This document shows positions 60,335-64,000 of a DNA stretch of 64,000 bases, one piece after another. The position numbers were made by a program, and so were the translations under genes. The first letter of the stretch is position 1, and each line of letters opens with the position of its first letter. Source of the stretch: a candidate division WOR-3 bacterium (GTDB taxonomy: Bacteria; Hydrothermota; 32-111); the NCBI GenBank assembly GCA_039804105.1, contig JBDRZU010000001.1, positions 768,001 through 832,000 on the forward strand, given 5' to 3'. The notes beneath the pieces were generated by a model. That model was not told the DNA's origin. It did not search any database and worked only from the letters and a program-made list of their open reading frames with translations.

Positions 60335-62072
60335 GTTTTAATTTCAAAGATGCTCTTACAAAACCAAAAAACAATGGGGATGGAGAGAATATTGTTGATC
60401 TGAATTCAGGATGTGATTGTGTCGCAACAAAGTATCTATGATTTTTTAATTCGATAAACTCCATCAACTTTTCATCTTTTGAAACATTATGATATCCAGA
60501 AAAAATTATTCCATTTTTTTCCAGTATTTCAACAAATTGATTGTTTACCTCATACCTGTGTCTGTGTCTTTCAAGAATAACCGGTTTATCATTTTCAAGG
60601 TAACCAAGACGAAATCTATTCTCCTTATCTTTTTTCAAGATTTCAATATAATACTTATCTTCATCTATCCTTCCTGTTTCTTCATACAATTTGTAAACAA
60701 GAGTTCCTTTTAAAAGATGTGCAGCGTAAGCACCAAGTCTCATCGTTCCACCATACCTTGATTCTTTGATCACATTTTTTTGATTTTCAATGAAGTGGAT
60801 TACGGGATATTTTGTATCAGGATCGATCTCAACAGAATTCGCATTTTCAAGTTTGCACACATTTCTTGCAAATTCAACTATAGCAAGTTGCATTCCAAAA
60901 CATAGACCAAGATATGGAATATTGTTCTCTCTTGCAAATCTTATAACTTTTATTTTACCCTCAACACCATCTTTCCCAAAGCCACCCGGAACAATGAATC
61001 CATTATATTTTTTAAGATCCTTTTTATCAATTTTCCCATTCTCAACATCCTGTGCTGAAATCCAATCAATTTTTACACCACAACCATTTTTCGCACCAGA
61101 ATGCTCCAATGCCTGTGCAACAGAAATGTATGAATCTTTTAAAGAAAATTCCCCTATATCGATATATTTCCCAACCATCGCAACATTGATAATATTTTTG
61201 GGATTCTCAATTATGTTGACAGTTTTTTCAAGAAAATTCCAATCAGGTTTTTTTCTTGCTCTCAACGAAAACTCTTTTAAAATCTTTTTTCCGAGTTCAT
61301 CCTTTTCAAAATTTAAAGGAACCCTGTAAAGTGTATCAATATCTGGAGCTGAAATAACATGTTCTGAATCTATGTTAGCATATATCTCGATTTTTTTCTT
61401 TCTCACACTATCGAGAGGTTCCTTTGCACGACAAAGAATAAAATTCGGAAATATTCCATGTTCTGAGAGAAGCTTTATTGCCTGTTGTGTTGGTTTAGTT
61501 TTCATCTCTCCTATATGTTTGGGGGTTGGAAGATAAGTTATAAGAACATATTTTACATTCTCTTCTCCTATCTCCCTTTCAAGTGATTTAACAGCAAACA
61601 GATAGGGGATATTTTCATAATCCCCTATCGTTCCACCGATTTCTATCAAAACAAATTCATATCCATTTCCTATCTCTTTGATCCTTCTTTTTATCTCATC
61701 AGAAATGTGTGGTATGAGTTGGACCGTTTGCCCTAAAAATCTACCTTTCCTTTCATCTTCAATAACTTTTGAGTAGACCTGTCCCGTTGTTATGTTATTT
61801 TTTTTACTGAAATGTTGATTTAAAAATCTTTCATAGTTTCCAAGATCCTGATCTATTTCACCACCATCATCTGTTACCCATACCTCACCATGCTCTGTAG
61901 GTCTTAAAGTTCCAGCATCAAAATTTATGTATGGATCAATCTTTATAGTTGTAACCTTGTATCCATAATTTTTAAGTATCATCCCTATTGATGCTGTCGC
62001 TATACCTTTTCCAACACCACTTAAAACTCCTCCTGTCACAACTATAAATTTAGGAAATTTATTCTTTTTCAT
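60318..62072 (-). CDS. pyrG: CTP synthase
   Basis: TGGVLSGVGKG, KIDPY, KTKPTQ, PGGFG, GLCFGMQ, RHRHRYE, HPE. Confidence 0.96.
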   Translation of the reverse strand: MKKNKFPKFIVVTGGVLSGVGKGIATASIGMILKNYGYKVTTIKIDPYINFDAGTLRPTEHGEVWVTDDGGEIDQDLGNYERFLNQHFSKKNNITTGQVYSKVIEDERKGRFLGQTVQLIPHISDEIKRRIKEIGNGYEFVLIEIGGTIGDYENIPYLFAVKSLEREIGEENVKYVLITYLPTPKHIGEMKTKPTQQAIKLLSEHGIFPNFILCRAKEPLDSVRKKKIEIYANIDSEHVISAPDIDTLYRVPLNFEKDELGKKILKEFSLRARKKPDWNFLEKTVNIIENPKNIINVAMVGKYIDIGEFSLKDSYISVAQALEHSGAKNGCGVKIDWISAQDVENGKIDKKDLKKYNGFIVPGGFGKDGVEGKIKVIRFARENNIPYLGLCFGMQLAIVEFARNVCKLENANSVEIDPDTKYPVIHFIENQKNVIKESRYGGTMRLGAYAAHLLKGTLVYKLYEETGRIDEDKYYIEILKKDKENRFRLGYLENDKPVILERHRHRYEVNNQFVEILEKNGIIFSGYHNVSKDEKLMEFIELKNHRYFVATQSHPEFRSTIFSPSPLFFGFVRASLKLKLDLKK

Positions 62073-62079
62073 AATCGAC

Positions 62080-63693
62080 CTACTCTGTCTTATCTGTAAA
62101 AATTATTCTTCTCTTTTCCACATCGATATCGACAACTTTAAGTTCAATTTCACTATCTTTTGCATACTCGTTTGAAAGGTTCTCAGATTGTTTTGCTATC
62201 AACCTCTGTGGAATGAGCCCCTTTACTCCATCATCAAGTGTAACATAAATACTCTTATCCTTTATCTCACTTATTTTTCCTTTTACTATATCTCCTTCTC
62301 GATAGTTCTCGATAGGATCCTTTTGAAGTTGTTTTATACCGAGAGAGATCCTCTGTTTTTCGTTATCGATGTTGACAACAACACATTCGACCTCATCACC
62401 AACTTTATAAAGATCTTCAATTTTTGAAACTTTGTTATCCCAGGAGATGTTTGAAATGTGTAAAAGGCCTTCTATTCCAGGTGATATTTCAACGAATGCA
62501 CCAAACTTTTGAATCTTTGTGATCTTTCCTTTAATCTTTTGACCTACACTTATACTATCATAAGGATTATCACTCAACTGTTTTAAACCTAAAGATATCC
62601 TTTCATTTTTTTTATCTATGCTCAAAACTATCGCTTCAACAGTATCTCCCACTTGCATTATCTCTTGTGGTTTTTTCACATGTTGTGTCCAAGACATTTC
62701 AGAGATGTGAATCAAGCCCTCAACACCTTTTTCGATTTCAACAAAAGCTCCATAATCCTCTATTGAAACGACCTTTCCTTTAACTCTACTTCCAACTGGA
62801 TATTTTTCTTCAATGTTTTCCCAAGGATATGGAGTCAACTGTTTCATACCAAGATTGATCCTTCCTTTTTCTCTATTGATCGCTGTTATAACAACTTTGA
62901 CCTTTTCATTCAAACTCAAAAGTTCTGAAGGATGAACCAATCTTCCCCATGACATATCGGTTATATACAAAAGTCCATCAACTCCCTTCTCAATTTCGAT
63001 GAAAGCACCAAAATCTGTGATGTTTTTTACTATACCTTCAACAACATCACCAACTTTCAGATTGTTTAAGAATTCAAACTTTTTACTTTCTTTTTCACTC
63101 TCAAGAATTAATCTTCGCGAAACAACTATGTTTCTCCTCTTATAGTTTAACTTTATAACCCTAAACTCTGTTTTTAGACCAATAAGAGAATTCATATCCT
63201 CAACAGGTTGAAGATCTATCTGTGAACCAGGTAAAAACGCTTCAACACCCATAAGATCAACGATCATTCCTCCTTTAACCTGTTTTTTGATTATTCCAGT
63301 TATGTTTGTTCCCTTTTCATACGATTCATTTATTTTAGGCCAGATATTGATAAACTGTGCCTTTTTAAGAGATATGTCAGCAAAGCCATCCTCATTTTCA
63401 AATGCTTCGAGAAAAACTGGAACTATATCTCCGACTTTAACCTTTTCTGGTTCACTGAAATCTGAAAGAGGTATAACACCTTCAGATTTTAAACCAACTT
63501 CTATGATAACATCTTTGTCAGTTATTCTGACTACTCTTCCGTTAACAACCCTTGACTGTTCATCCTCATCCTTTTTCGAGAAAATATCAAGATCATAACT
63601 TTTGAATGAATCATCATAGAGTTTTTTCATCTTCTCTGCAGAAAGATCTCTGTTAATGATGATTTCGACCGATTCATTTCTTTTGTCTTCCAT
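62080..63693 (-). CDS. rpsA: 30S ribosomal protein S1
   Basis: Six S1 repeats (AFLPGSQID, FGAFIEI, GLIHISEMSW). Confidence 0.95.
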   Translation of the reverse strand: MEDKRNESVEIIINRDLSAEKMKKLYDDSFKSYDLDIFSKKDEDEQSRVVNGRVVRITDKDVIIEVGLKSEGVIPLSDFSEPEKVKVGDIVPVFLEAFENEDGFADISLKKAQFINIWPKINESYEKGTNITGIIKKQVKGGMIVDLMGVEAFLPGSQIDLQPVEDMNSLIGLKTEFRVIKLNYKRRNIVVSRRLILESEKESKKFEFLNNLKVGDVVEGIVKNITDFGAFIEIEKGVDGLLYITDMSWGRLVHPSELLSLNEKVKVVITAINREKGRINLGMKQLTPYPWENIEEKYPVGSRVKGKVVSIEDYGAFVEIEKGVEGLIHISEMSWTQHVKKPQEIMQVGDTVEAIVLSIDKKNERISLGLKQLSDNPYDSISVGQKIKGKITKIQKFGAFVEISPGIEGLLHISNISWDNKVSKIEDLYKVGDEVECVVVNIDNEKQRISLGIKQLQKDPIENYREGDIVKGKISEIKDKSIYVTLDDGVKGLIPQRLIAKQSENLSNEYAKDSEIELKVVDIDVEKRRIIFTDKTE

Positions 63694-64000
63694 TTTTCTT
63701 TTCCTCCTTATCTATTTTTTTTAGATATTTTTTTACATCATCAATTATCCAATCAGGTGTTGAAGCACCTGCTACTATTCCTATTTTTTCACTTTTTAAA
63801 ATTTTGCTCTTTAAACCTCCGAGTTCTTTTGATGTTTCAATATGGAATGTATTTTTATTCAGTAGTGAACATATCTGATACAACCTTTTTGTGTTTCCGC
63901 TATTTTTTCCACCGATTACAAGCATAAGATCGACCTTTTTCGCAACATCTATCGCTGATTTCTGTCTTAAAGATGTTGCATTGCAAATAGTATTAACAAC
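63674..64000 (-). CDS. ispH: 4-hydroxy-3-methylbut-2-enyl diphosphate reductase (partial, start outside the window)
   Basis: Frame is open to the window end: VVNTICNATSLRQ...GGKNSGNT...AGASTP. Confidence 0.93.
   Translation of the reverse strand, partial: VVNTICNATSLRQKSAIDVAKKVDLMLVIGGKNSGNTKRLYQICSLLNKNTFHIETSKELGGLKSKILKSEKIGIVAGASTPDWIIDDVKKYLKKIDKEEKKNGRQKK

Noticed and set aside
63674..63693. Possible frameshifted ispH-rpsA fusion, as fused in some Clostridia
   Set aside because: rpsA has its own AAGGAGG RBS and ATG, and both products look complete; a 20-nt overlap is ordinary coupling here

Overview
AT-rich chromosomal window from a diderm bacterium. A Por/T9SS-type C-terminal tail and lipoproteins hint at an FCB-related or candidate phylum, but this is inference only. 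Nearly all genes are on the minus strand; I found no mobile elements, CRISPR arrays or rRNA. From left to right: a chemosensory cluster (soluble MCP, cheW, cheY, partial cheA); recR-ybaB-dnaX with a very small SRP RNA; a 13-gene run headed by an FMN riboswitch (ribD/E/BA/H, nusB, nadC, birA, yqgF, mltG and others); a c-di-GMP/two-component block (membrane GGDEF, degenerate REC-HD-GYP, 1315-aa PAS/GAF kinase); ktrAB; lon-clpX-clpP-tig with tRNA-Leu; dnaJ-dnaK-grpE; a secreted cysteine peptidase; a ClpC/ClpB-type ATPase; a Myxococcus/Geobacter-like type IVa pilus locus (pilB, pilB, pilT, pilC, pilS, pilR, glycosyltransferase, two pilins, ABC transporter, pilD); then pyrG, rpsA and partial ispH. 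The most notable observations are four. (1) A cytoplasmic chemoreceptor has two signalling hairpins fused to a family-5 solute-binding domain. (2) A diguanylate cyclase has a membrane domain that aligns by eye with the pilin-sensing domain of PilS. (3) Of two tandem PilB motors, only one keeps a c-di-GMP-binding MshEN motif. (4) Twin sigma-54 pilin promoters share an enhancer at identical spacing. Together these suggest a pilin-sensing/c-di-GMP/pilus-motor circuit, which is a hypothesis. All calls come from reading motifs by eye; no searches were run.
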